Part shown: positions 12,450-23,240 of the stretch, one piece after another
Layout: every line of letters begins with the position of its first letter
How positions within the stretch are numbered: the first letter of the stretch is position 1
DNA from: Octopus vulgaris
Lineage: Eukaryota
DNA length: 64,000 nucleotides
Direction: 5' to 3'
Assembly (NCBI GenBank): GCA_951406725.2
Contig: OX597816.1
Span: 38,936,001 to 39,000,000, forward strand
Translations under genes and position numbers: made by a program
The notes under the pieces: generated by a model
What the model was told of the DNA's origin: nothing
The model's database searches: none
Seen by the model: only the letters and a program-made list of their open reading frames with translations

Positions 12450-12820
12450 TACAACCATATTTCGTGGTCTGCTACCACAACAGCTCCTTTATAGGATCCA
12501 GTTAGCTCAAGACATCATCAGGAGGAACCACGTCTGGTTTCGGTCCCTACTCCTCTACTGTTTTGACGTGACGCCCCCCCCCCCCCCTTTCAGAGGTGTC
12601 TTCAGCTCTGGTGTTGGGTGCATGTCTTCTTTCTTCTTTCTTCTGTTCCCTAGCCTCTTCGATGTAGCATCGAGTGTCAGCGGGCGACTGACTGACTGAC
12701 TTGTCAAATTTTTTCCCTTTAAATACCTACTGCTAGGCTCCAGCAGACAGCCCCAGCAAGCTGTCACGTGACACCGTCTCAACTTTAACTGACCAATGAA
12801 GGCACGTAGTCTTAGCCCAA
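12450..12820 (-). mobile_element. Solo (p)LTR-like element with pol II promoter motifs and hammerhead-like cores
   Basis: GC-richer island. In minus-strand order: CCAAT box (12793-12797, read on +), E-box GTCACGTGAC (12763-12772), TATTTAAA (12725-12718), (TCAG)n initiator-like repeats ~25 nt downstream, then CTGAAGA (12605-12599) and CTGATGA..GAAA (12521-12460). Confidence 0.5.
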
Positions 12821-13245
12821 GTATATATACTTGATTAAAATAATCACTGGAATCCACACAGCTAACATGTAAGTTGAGTAAATCATGTAATGATCACAGT
12901 TTTATTTACTCCACAATCTAGACTCCTTCAACAACATCAAAACAATCCTGTCAATAAGGGTGCTTCTATTTTGAGGTATAAAACATACAGCTTGCATCAA
13001 TTTTTTGTCTCAATTTTATAGTAAGAGACTGTTTTTATTAGTTTCTAAATTTAAGAAATTGTATTAAAATATATATCACTAGCATATGTTTACAGATGGA
13101 GCCAGACTACAGTTGTGATTAACAATGGTTTCAATTAGTCAAATCAATGTGTCTTAAGGAATCTTATCACTATTACTTAATAGAACTGTGTGTGTGTGTG
13201 TGTGTCTGTATAAATACAATTGTCATCTTCATTGTTTAATATATA

Positions 13246-14428
13246 TCAGGTCATCGCATAAGTTCTGTCTGAATTTTGAATAAAGAAAACAAGTGATTAA
13301 ATGTCATATTTAATTGAAATTTAATCATCGATGTACTTTCCCTGATTATCTATGACTTCCTTCCATCTATTTACAAGCTTTTTAATCCCATCAATGTATA
13401 ACTCTTTGGGTTTCAAAGCGAAGAACTCTGAAATGTCAGTTTTGACCTCCTTCTGGCTTGCAAAAGTTATGTCCCCCAAATGATTCTGTAAACTACAAAA
13501 CAAATGATAGTTTGAAGGAGCAAGGTTGGGAGAATAAGGTGGATGAGGAATTTTTTCCCAACCAAGCTCTTCAATCTTCTGTGATGTGATCTTTGCAGTG
13601 CGGGGTCATGCATTGTCCTGATACAACATCACTCCTTTTCGATTCACTAAAGCGGGTCTTTTTTTCTTCAAAGCTTGGTTCAAACACTCTAATTGCTGAC
13701 AATAGACTTGAGCATTGATTGTGCCATTAGGTGGTAACAATTCAAAGTGAATTACTCCTTTGCAATTCCACCAGATAGAGAGAAGAACCTTTGATAGAAG
13801 ATCCATTTTTTGTCACCAGTCACAAGTCTATCCAAAAAGGGTGAAATGAGTTCGTGAGAATGGAGAGAAGAGTAGATGTCAACTCAGAATTTGTGGTTGC
13901 TTTCGGACAATTCATGAGGCACCCATTTTCCAAGTTTAGGAACCTTTCTAAGTTGTATGGTTTGAACTAAGCTTTATTGTCAATTCTTCAACTGATAATG
14001 CAGGATTTTCTTCAAGTAATGCCTCAAGGAGTTTATCATCAAACTCAACTGGACATTCTGTTCGATCTTCGTCTTCAAGACTGAAATCTCCACTCCTGAA
14101 TTTTGCAAACCATCTTCTGCAAGTTCTTTCATTCAAGCATTCTTTCCCATAAACTGAGTGTATGTTTTGTGTCACTTTGGCAGCAGAGTTTCCTTTTTTG
14201 TACTCATAAAGCATTATGTGCCTCAAATGCTCTTTGGCTACTTCCATGTTAGAAAAGGTTTTAATCTAAGAAATTTTAATGCTATTATTCTGTAAAATAT
14301 TTAATTCATTTAAATGTACACAAATGCATAAAAATAATTTTTAATTCCATTAGACATTCTGAAATACTATTAAATTTCATTCAATTTTAAAAATGGTAAA
14401 ATTGGCCAGAACTTATGGGATGACCTGA
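13246..14428 (-). mobile_element. Mariner transposon, near full length, decayed transposase (14247->13321)
   Basis: TIRs tcaggtcatcgcataagttctg / cagaacttatgggatgacctga flanked by TA. Motifs ERTCRRWFAKFRSGDFSLEDE, WVPHEL, VTGD, QDNA and PHPPYSP are split by frameshifts and deletions. Confidence 0.95.
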
Positions 14429-14436
14429 TATATATA

Positions 14437-14535
14437 TATCTGTAAAATAATATGTGACAATTATTCAATAGCCAAGATAAAACTCAGAGTTTTATCTTGG
14501 CTATTGAATAATTGTCACATATTATTTTACAGATA
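14437..14535. repeat. Perfect palindrome, 49-bp arms, 1-nt loop
   Basis: tatctgtaaa...gataaaactc-a-gagttttatc...tttacagata. Confidence 0.95.
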
Positions 14536-14596
14536 AATTCCTCTATTTACATAATATTGAGGTCTCTTTCTTTCTTTTGTTATCTTACCATTTTTA

Positions 14597-14640
<44 letters not shown>

Positions 14641-14999
14641 TACTCAGCACTGAGTGTTTAAATACTCAGAGCTGAGTACTTATGCAGTGCATAGCATCTC
14701 ACAGCAGAAACAGCTGTACGTAAGTTAATGAAGTTCCTTGTACAATTTCCTGTTCCCTTGTCATTTAAAAAAAATTATCTATTACACTCTGTACTCAACT
14801 AAAGCTTTATTCTGAAGCATATTGAATTCTAACACCAGGTTATTAGTATCGCTAAACCTAGCTGAAACATCAATACATATAAATATATTATATATGCTAT
14901 GTGAGTGAGTGCTTTCTACACATCTCTGCATATAACATACTCCACCAACAGCTCATATGTTTCATTTTCTTATTGTTAATAAAGATGTTATAATATATA

Positions 15000-15230
15000 C
15001 CTATTTCTTTACTACCCACAATGGGCTAAACACAGAGGACTAACAAGGACAGACAAACGGATTAAATCGATTATATCAACCCCAGTGTGTAACTGGTACT
15101 TATTTAATCGACCTCGAAAGGATGAAAGGCAAAGTCGACCTTGGCGGAATTTGAACTCAGAACGTAGCGGCAGACGAAATACCACTGAGCATTTTGCCCG
15201 GCGTGCTAACGTTTCTGCCAGCTCGCCGCC
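15000..15230 (-). mobile_element. tRNA-headed SINE with Nin-like central domain
   Basis: Minus: ggcggcgagctggcagaa...gagttcaaattccgcc..gcctttcatcctttcg.ggtcgat..ataagtacc; TSD ttataatatat. Others at ~5870-6060, 10745-10915, 19868-20005, 34600-35170, 41010-41110, 42037-42250, 47243-47445, 49565-49780, 57781-57997 and 60660-61045. Confidence 0.8.
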
Positions 15231-15887
15231 TTATAATATATGTTATAATATATACCAACCCTTTTATCCATTTACGAAGGTATTGCATTATTAAAAAGGT
15301 GTTTTTCACAATGTTTCTATCGGGCCCTCAAAATCTAGTTCATGTTGCACTCTGGTCTGCAAAGCTGAATGACTGTGACACCCTTGATCTATTTGCAAAA
15401 TGAGAGACCCACAGCATATTTTCTTTTTTTTTTTTTTTTTACAGAGGAATGCAACGGATAAGTTTAGCACATGTATGATGTAGTGGTGACTATTTTTCTC
15501 CTTTCAAACACACCACAAGTCTTACAGCTTGATATATATGAAAGGTAGATCTAATTCTAAATTGTTTTAACATATTTGATTTGCGCTATATCCCAAGATA
15601 ACTAATTTTAATTGATGAAAGTGTAGGAATTCGGACCCCAACTGTAAAGTTACCAGGTTGTGATCTTGTGTGTGTGTGTGTGTGCATTTATGTGTGTGTG
15701 CATGTGTGTGTGCGCACGTGTGTGTGTGTGTGCTTTTATGCTCTTCCAGCATAAACACAGCTGATTTGTTTATAGTGACCAAATGTTTGTACTGTACATT
15801 CACCCACTCCCGCCAACAAATCGACAACGCCTGTACAATTGCACACTGTGTCCCAATCAGATGTCCAACTGAGTACAGGGCAACATA

Positions 15888-16453
15888 TTGGGTTGTCTGG
15901 AAAGTTCGTGCCGATTTATAGTAGCTTACCTTTCGACTTATTTTAGAACACGGTTGAGTTCATAAAATAGGATTTGACTACACCTCCATTTAGAGCACAG
16001 TTTAAGCTATCTTTTCATGGATGAAGGTTTATGTTCCTATAACTTGTGTTAATTTTGTAATCCTTTAAAATGGAAGATAAGAAAGTTTATTTTCGGCACT
16101 TGATGCTTTGGGAACCAGACAAAAATTGCTGCAGCTCGGCTGGGATATGTTACCCCACCCTCCATATTCACCAGATATTGCTCCTTCAGATTTCCACTTA
16201 TTCAGGTCTCCGCAGAATAGTCTTAATGGTAAAAATTTCAATTCCTTGGATGACGTAAAAAGATACCTTGATGAATTCTTTGCCATGAAACCACCTCGAT
16301 TCTGGGAAGAGGGCATTTTCAAGTTAAAGGAAAGATGGAGACGCATTGGGCAACAAAATGTTTCCTATTTGGTTGATTAAAAATGCAATAGCAAGTATTT
16401 ATTGACCTTTTTCTTTCCTTTAAAAATCGGCACGAACTTTCTGGGCAACCCAA
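15888..16453 (+). mobile_element. Internally deleted mariner (566 bp) inserted at a TA inside a SINE
   Basis: TIRs ttgggttgtctggaaagttcgtgccgattt / aaatcggcacgaactttctgggcaacccaa. MEDKKVYFRHLML is joined to LGWDMLPHPPYSPDIAPSDFHLF...WEEGIFKLKERW. Confidence 0.95.
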
Positions 16454-16564
16454 TAAAATGAAGTATTTTGCTCCAGAATACAACACACTGCTCGATTCGG
16501 GGATCGAAACCCCGATCTTGCGATCGTGAGAGCAACAGCCTAACCACTAAACCACGTACCTTCA
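16454..16564 (-). mobile_element. tRNA-related SINE head (body continues at ~15860-15887 beyond the mariner)
   Basis: Minus: tgaaggtacgtggtttagtggttagg...ggtttcgatcccc...gagcaaaatacttcattt. Confidence 0.75.
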
Positions 16565-19380
16565 CTATAGTGTGTATGTGTGTGTTTATTTACGTTTTTT
16601 ATCATTGGCTTGCCCGAGTAAGGCTGACGTAGAGCTACAAGACAACAGCTAGAACAATATATCAATAATGTTTATTCCTGTTGTACACCCTTAAACTTTC
16701 GGCCAATGTTTAGACACACTATCTGCTTTCGTCATAAGTGATGACTTCATTGCTTAAACAGCATCCCTCAAAATTAAGACTTCCCTTCCAATCCCAGAAA
16801 ATATTTTGAGCCAGATCAGTTGTCGACCTACTCAACAAAGAACAAGTACCACCCACATAAATGTGAAGAAGGTGGTTGTTAGACGTCCATTTCTTAAGTC
16901 ACTGCCGCCCCATACATCGCCAAAATGCCAACACTTCTCAAGCTTTAGAAAATATTGCTGAAGAGGCTTAAGTTAGTGGTTTACTACTCCTGTTGCTGTT
17001 GTTTTTACTTCCTCTCCGCTTCAATCCACATACTCTCTCTCTCTTTCGTTTTCCTTCCTATCCCTCTCGTTAAATTCTCACACACACATACACACACTCA
17101 CACATATATGTACATACAGTATATGTTATGTTTAATTTGTCTCTCTATCCCCCTCTTTCTGTCTCTATCTCTTACATGCTCTAATTAAAATTTTTTTCTT
17201 TCTGATTGTCATTCTACCTTTTCTTTTTTTCTCTCTAAATTATTTCTGCAATTCTCTTTCTTCCCCCCCCCCCACACATGCTCTACTTCTCCCTATTTCC
17301 TTCCAAACCTTCATCATTTCCTTTCTTCTCTCATTCTCACAGTCACTCATTCCCATTCCTATGCTTTACTTTTTACCCTTCCAGTCCTATTTATACTCTT
17401 TCTATTCCTTTCTCCTCCTACCATTATTTACATGCTACCTTTTCCCACCCCTCTTTCTCTCTTCTGATACTCTTACTCTCGACCTCTCTGTCTTCTTCTA
17501 TTCCTTCTCACTCCTATTCTCATTCTCCGCCTCTCTTCTCTTCCTTCTCACTCCTACTCCTATTCTCCGCCTCTCTCTCTCTTTCCTTTAGTCGTCTCGT
17601 AAACTTACAATGATATATCATTAAACCTCGCAAGGTTCCCACCGCAAATTATTCTCACGGATCGATTCACATGTAGTAAGCACTCGATTCTCTTGTTTAT
17701 TTTCTCCCCATTTTAAACTGCATGACTTAAATGTGTATATATTCTTCCTTCCTTGGTCTTACAGTCACAAATGGTTTCAGAGGATGAAGAGAAGTGCTAG
17801 ATATTGTTCTCCCGTTGTTAATTGCGCTTAAGGTCCACAAAGCTTAGTCTGATCACACTAATATGTTTTCATGTGCATGAATTCTCGTGTTTATGCATAT
17901 ATATATATATATATGTATATATGTGTGTGTGCGTAGAGTATCTGTTTAACTACTTATAAACAAACATAACTACTAAGTTGGTGTGGAAGTACACACGAAC
18001 CGTTATCTATACACACAGCTATAACTACAGAACAGTGCGATGGAGTAAACTTCGTGCACCTAAAGCATAACAACACAATTAATAGACACAGTGAACTGCA
18101 GACGAATTCACGCTGGAAACCAGCACAATTAGATGGAGCCAGCTACCACAATCGATTCCTCTTTACTGAAATATCCTCAGAACAAGGTGATGGAAAAAAA
18201 AACCCACGATCAAATCTTTTTATATAACCATGAAATATGAAATGAAGTGATTTGCCACTGGTGAAAACCTCCCTACAAAGCAAGTTTCAAAGTGTGATGG
18301 AGTGTTTGCTTTTCTGGCAGTTGCGGTGCTGAAATTGGCAAATTTCACTGTTAAGGGCTTCCTTGTTGACTCTGACAACTCCAGGGGTTGAAATATTGAA
18401 AGAATATTGAAAGAAACATTTAAAGGAAATAATAAACGGAGTAGAAAATTAGTATCAATAGAAGCAAATATACGTATAGTAAATTGATACATAACATCTG
18501 TCTATCTGACTATTATTATCTTATTCCTTTAGCTATTTATTTTTCTATACACTTCTTAATGTGTACACTATGTTTATTGAATAGATATTTGATATAAACC
18601 AGACATACGTTATTTAAGGCTTCTTGAGGGAAAGTGAGGGTAGTAATTGTATCTTGATAGTATTTAATTAACACTGGATAATTGAGATTTGACTAACTAC
18701 CAAACGAAGTACAGCAGATTTCTTCCTCGCTATAGATTCACATGCACTTTGACATAGATTTACACTCAGATATATATACATTACTTAATAAACAAATATA
18801 TGATTCTCCATTGACACACGCTATTACATAGATACACACACGACTATAAATCCTATATATATTTATCTATGTACACTTTTTTCATCTCAAAGTAGACATT
18901 CGTGCGTAAGTTAGAAATTATTTATCCATACCCAAACACATACTCCTAAATACATTCAGAATCTTTTGTCAACCTCTTTCACAGTGCTCTTGTGTAGTTA
19001 ATTACATTTCTAGCTTTACAGATACTAGCACGCCTCTATAATGAGATACGTCATGCATATATATATACATATATACATACGCACGGTAGAGAAACCAAAC
19101 AATCACACAAGAGAGAGGTCAGTTGAGCTATAACAAATAATATCAGCAACTTCAAGAAGTCTGTCGAGCGATTATTACTCTGGGGGAGTGAGAGAGAGAT
19201 GGAGTAAAGACCCTTTAAACTTATATCTATCTATTCGTGTCTGTGATTTATCATGGTTCAAGAAAAAAGAATATATATATATATAGGCGATATATTATGA
19301 TGATTTTACTATATCTTCATCTTCACTGATATGTGTAACAAATAAGATGATTGATATTGTTTTTTACATTCAAAACCCGT
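16565..19380. promoter_or_regulatory. TE-poor, CpG-retaining unique region; candidate promoter / 5' non-coding exon(s) of the convertase gene
   Basis: The longest stretch without recognisable SINEs, directly upstream of the first coding exon. Contains ATTGG (16604), TGACGT (16625), TACGTCA (19047), TCAGTT (19119) and a pyrimidine tract at 17030-17590. Confidence 0.35.
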
Positions 19381-19412
19381 TTGACAGATTCAGTTAACCC
19401 CTCGTCACCATA

Positions 19413-19462
<50 letters not shown>

Positions 19463-20139
19463 GATGTATGATGACGAGGGGTTAACTATATATATATATA
19501 TTGCTTTACTACTTCATCAACTCTATTGAATTGTCAGTTGAGAACATTAGAATACTCCCTTTTATTTTATGTGTACTGAAAAATGTTGTTGCTTGATTTC
19601 ACGAGATTTTATATTTCATTAGATTTAATAACCATTCATATTATTTGTCAACAAATATTTTGACGGATTTAAAAATTTATTCGATATAATTTATCAAGAT
19701 ATAATTTACTATGAATTATTTTATATATTTAAGGTTCACAAATTTTAATTTACCAGGCATATGTTAACTGATGTGGTAGTTTTATTAGACATCAGGTTCT
19801 TTCTTTTTTTTTCTCTATAGTTTATATATTTTATACCCTCTACCATTACCACCAAATTGTCACATTACCTATTTCTTTATTACCCACAAGGGGCTAAACA
19901 CAGAGAGGACAAACAAGGACAGACATAGGTATTAAGTCGATTACATCGACCCCAGTGCGTAACTGGTACTTAATTTATCGACCCCGAAAGGATGAAAGGC
20001 AAATTTTCCTTGGAATAAAACTGTTTTAAGAGATTTTTATTTATCAAAATTTTCATTTAGCAGAGGATGATTAGTATAGATTTGTTCTTCTTGTTGGTAT
20101 ACTTACATTTGTCTAATTTTGGGGTTTTCTTCTTTCAGA

Positions 20140-20571
20140 ATGCCGCTCTATGTTAAACAACAGGAGCGAAATACCAACAACAATACTACTACAAATACTA
20201 TGGTTAATGCCACGGCTGTTGGCACAGCTGGAAAAGTTGTTCATTCAAACTCGAAACAACATCAACAAAAGCAGTCACTGCAACACCAACATCACCACTA
20301 CCACCACCAACAACAACAACACCGTTGCAGAGCTGCTCATGTCAAACAAGCTTTTAAACACGAACCTTCTTACCCCTTCCTTCTGTCACCTCCTTCCAGA
20401 TACTGTGAGAACATTTTCAGGAGGTTGATGTCCCTGTGCTTTATTCTACTAGTGGTGTTGGTGAGGAACTCAGCATGTAATTTTATCAACCAGGTGGCTG
20501 TACATATCGAGGGTGGAGTGCAGAATGCAGATAGGGTTGCCAAAGAACATGGATTTAAAAATTTAGGCCAA
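20140..20571 (+). CDS. First coding exon of a furin-like proprotein convertase (peptidase S8/kexin family): N-terminal extension, signal peptide, start of prodomain
   Basis: Acceptor ttttcttctttcAG (20138), ATG at 20140, 144 open codons, donor GTAAGT at 20572 (phase 0). FINQVAVHIEGGVQNADRVAKEHGFKNLGQ matches the furin prodomain start (human FTNTWAVRIPGGPAVANSVARKHGFLNLGQ) and its exon boundary. Hydrophobic MSLCFILLVVLVRNSAC precedes it. Exact paralogue (furin1/furin2/PC5) not resolvable. Confidence 0.92.
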
Positions 20572-20784
20572 GTAAGTAAAAGTGACGTTGATTATTTTTT
20601 GTTTTGACCCTGGCTCTGCATTTGTTTATATATATATATATACTCACATACACACACACATATATGTATGTTTGTATTGTAGCTACTTAGTGATTGAGTG
20701 GTAAGAGGACAGGTTGTAATTACTTGAACAATACAAAAATCTTTCAGTTTTTGTCCACAGAAGAGTAACTAATATAAATATTAA

Positions 20785-21005
20785 CCCTTTTGATACCAAC
20801 CCGGCCAAAACCGCCTCTGGCTCTGTAGTACAAATGTCTTGTTTTCATAAGTTATGAATTAAAATCTTCCACCAAACCTTAGTCACAATTTATGTTCCCA
20901 ACACTAGCTTAATGATAACTAAGTTCTTTTACTAAATTCTTTGTTATATTTAAAATTAATTGATTGAAACACAGAGCATCTCAAAATAAATACAGTAACA
21001 AAAGG
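20785..21005. mobile_element. piggyBac-type MITE (right end damaged)
   Basis: TTAA-CCCTTTTGATACC..., body matches the 10922 copy. Confidence 0.85.
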
Positions 21006-21250
21006 AAAATAAATACATATCAAATCAGTCCAATACTTTTAAATAAAAAACCCCCACTATACTTGAGTCAAGCTTCTGTATGTAAAATAATTGCTCACTT
21101 TTGATATATTTTACAATTTGCCATGGGCTACATCATCATCATCATCATTATTGTTTCACATCCATCTTCCATGCATGCATGGGTAGGACAGATGACAGGA
21201 GCTGGCCAGGTAGAAAAACTACCTTTTTGTAGTCTACATCTATATTGTGT

Positions 21251-21632
21251 GGAAGCACTCCGTCGGTTACGACGACGAGGGTTCCGGTTGATCCAATCAA
21301 CGGAACAGCCTGCTCGTGAAATTAACGTGTAAGTGGCTGAGCACTCCACAGACACGTGTACCCTTAACGCAGTTCTCGGGGATATTCAGCGTGACACAGA
21401 GAGCGACAAGGCCGGCCCTTTGAAATACAGGTACAACAGAAACAGGAAGTAAGAGTGAGAGAAAGTTGTGGTGAAAGAGTACAGCAGGGATCACCACCAT
21501 CCCTGCCGGAGCCTCGTGGAACTTTAGGTATTTTCGCTCAATAAACACTCACAACGCCCGGTCTGGGAATCAAAACCGTGATCCTACGACCGCGAGTCCG
21601 CTGCCCTAACCACTGGGCCATTGCGCCTCCAC
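21251..21632 (-). mobile_element. OR1-like tRNA SINE with TSD, inserted in an old RTE-tail copy
   Basis: Near-identical to 8421-8804; TSD acatctatatt. Confidence 0.9.
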
Positions 21633-22238
21633 ATCTATATTATATCATATCTTACATATAAAAATATCTTTGCATATCCCCTTCCATATCCATTTCTAGC
21701 ACTGATTATGTAGGCAAAAATAAAACAGATCAGCCCAATTTGAGAGATTTTTAGAAAAGTCTGAGACCCATAGAAAACACCTCAGTGGCCCCCACCTGTT
21801 GCAAGCCTTCTGCTCTAAGGAAAGCTGGGTCTTCAGAGAAGTATCATCACCACTCATGCAAGTGTTTTGCCCTTAACTTCTTACCCTGAAGGAGACTGAG
21901 CTGCATCCATGTCATGACCCCTGAATGTCCGTTATTTGTTGCCTTTTTGTGATAGATGTTTTAAGCACTTTGCTACAAGAAGTAACTAGGGAAATTGAAG
22001 CTCTATGAAGTTTGCTTTTCCTCATTGACCATATCTTGGAATATGTTTTGGTGGTTTATTCTGCCATTGCCTTTAGGAATCTGGTCCTCCATATTTATAT
22101 TTTCTGGATGTCATTTGTAATCAGTGCATTTGAATGAAACAAAATGTTCAGAATGCACATTTTCAGTTTTAATGATTTTATATGCTATGCGTGAGAAATA
22201 ATTTTAAGTGACCATGTGTATGTATGTATATACATATA

Positions 22239-22279
<41 letters not shown>

Positions 22280-22317
22280 GAAAAAAGGTGTTCAGAATGC
22301 TGGATTTTTTTTTTTTT

Positions 22318-22716
22318 TCTTTTACTTGTTTCAGTCATTTGACTGCGGCCATGCTGGAGCACCGCCTTTAGTCGAGCAAATCGACCCCTAGACTTACTCT
22401 TTGTAAGCCCAGTACTTATTCTATCGGTCTCTTTTGCCGAACCGCTAAGTGACGGGGACGTAAACACACCAGCAATGGTTGTCAAGCAATGCTAGGGGGA
22501 TAAACACAGATACACAAACACACACACATACATATATATATATACATATATACGACAGGCTTCTTTCAGTTTCCGTCTCCCAAATCCACTCACAAGGCAT
22601 TGGTCGGCCCGGGGCTATAGCAGAAGACACTTGCCCAAGGTGCCACGCAGTGGGACTGAACCCGGAACCATGTGGTTGGTTAGCAAGCTACTTACCACAC
22701 AGCCACTCCTGCGCCT
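22318..22716 (-). mobile_element. OK-like tRNA SINE, full length
   Basis: Reverse complement of the 7391 copy. Confidence 0.9.
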
Positions 22717-22980
22717 ATGGTTGTAAAAATATATATTTATTTACATATCACATTATTTCTTCATATTAACACTTTCAACTACTGTAGTTTCATCAGAAAT
22801 ATATATATATAGATAGATAGATATAGAGGTTATGAGAGGTAATGGTGTCAATAAAACCCAAAGGTGTCAGGTAATGCTGAGTAAGTGCTATGGACAGACT
22901 ATAGTTAAGCTCCAGGTTCAGTGATTATGCGAATAAGGAGTTCAACGTAGGTCATATATCAGAATGTGTATATATATTAA

Positions 22981-23228
22981 AAAAATTTCAGAATGAGATA
23001 AAAATCCAAGGCTTAGAACATTTATAAATAGAAGGTCTTACAGCTGTTTCCGGGATATTTTATATATCCCTTCATCAGAGACGGTGTCAGAAAATGGTTA
23101 AGCAATAGTTATTTTAGATGAGATATGAAATAGAGATTGAAGTGGAAGAATGAAATATCCTGGAAACAGCTGTAAGCCCTATTTATAAATGTTCTAAGCC
23201 TTGCATTTTTATCTCATTCTGAAAATTT
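22981..23228 (-). mobile_element. Foldback element with intact minimal hammerhead
   Basis: 22981-23059 is inverted at ~23153-23228; ribozyme motif at 23036-23081. Confidence 0.75.
23036..23081 (-). ncRNA. Minimal type-I hammerhead ribozyme (canonical core)
   Basis: tct-CTGATGA-A-GGGATAT-ataaa-ATATCCC-g-GAAAC-agct-GTA-aga: all core nucleotides, 7-bp stem II, palindromic stem III (ACAGCTGT), GUA cleavage triplet. Confidence 0.75.
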
Positions 23229-23240
23229 TATGTATATATG

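Noticed and set aside
17278-17613. Hydrophobic Ser/Leu/Phe ORFs
   Set aside because: Low-complexity CT tract.
20119-20607. ORF-track version of the convertase (162 aa, MGFSSFR... to ...DYFLF)
   Set aside because: It starts at a TTG inside the polypyrimidine tract and reads through the GTAAGT donor; the trailing VSKSDVDYFLF is most likely intronic.
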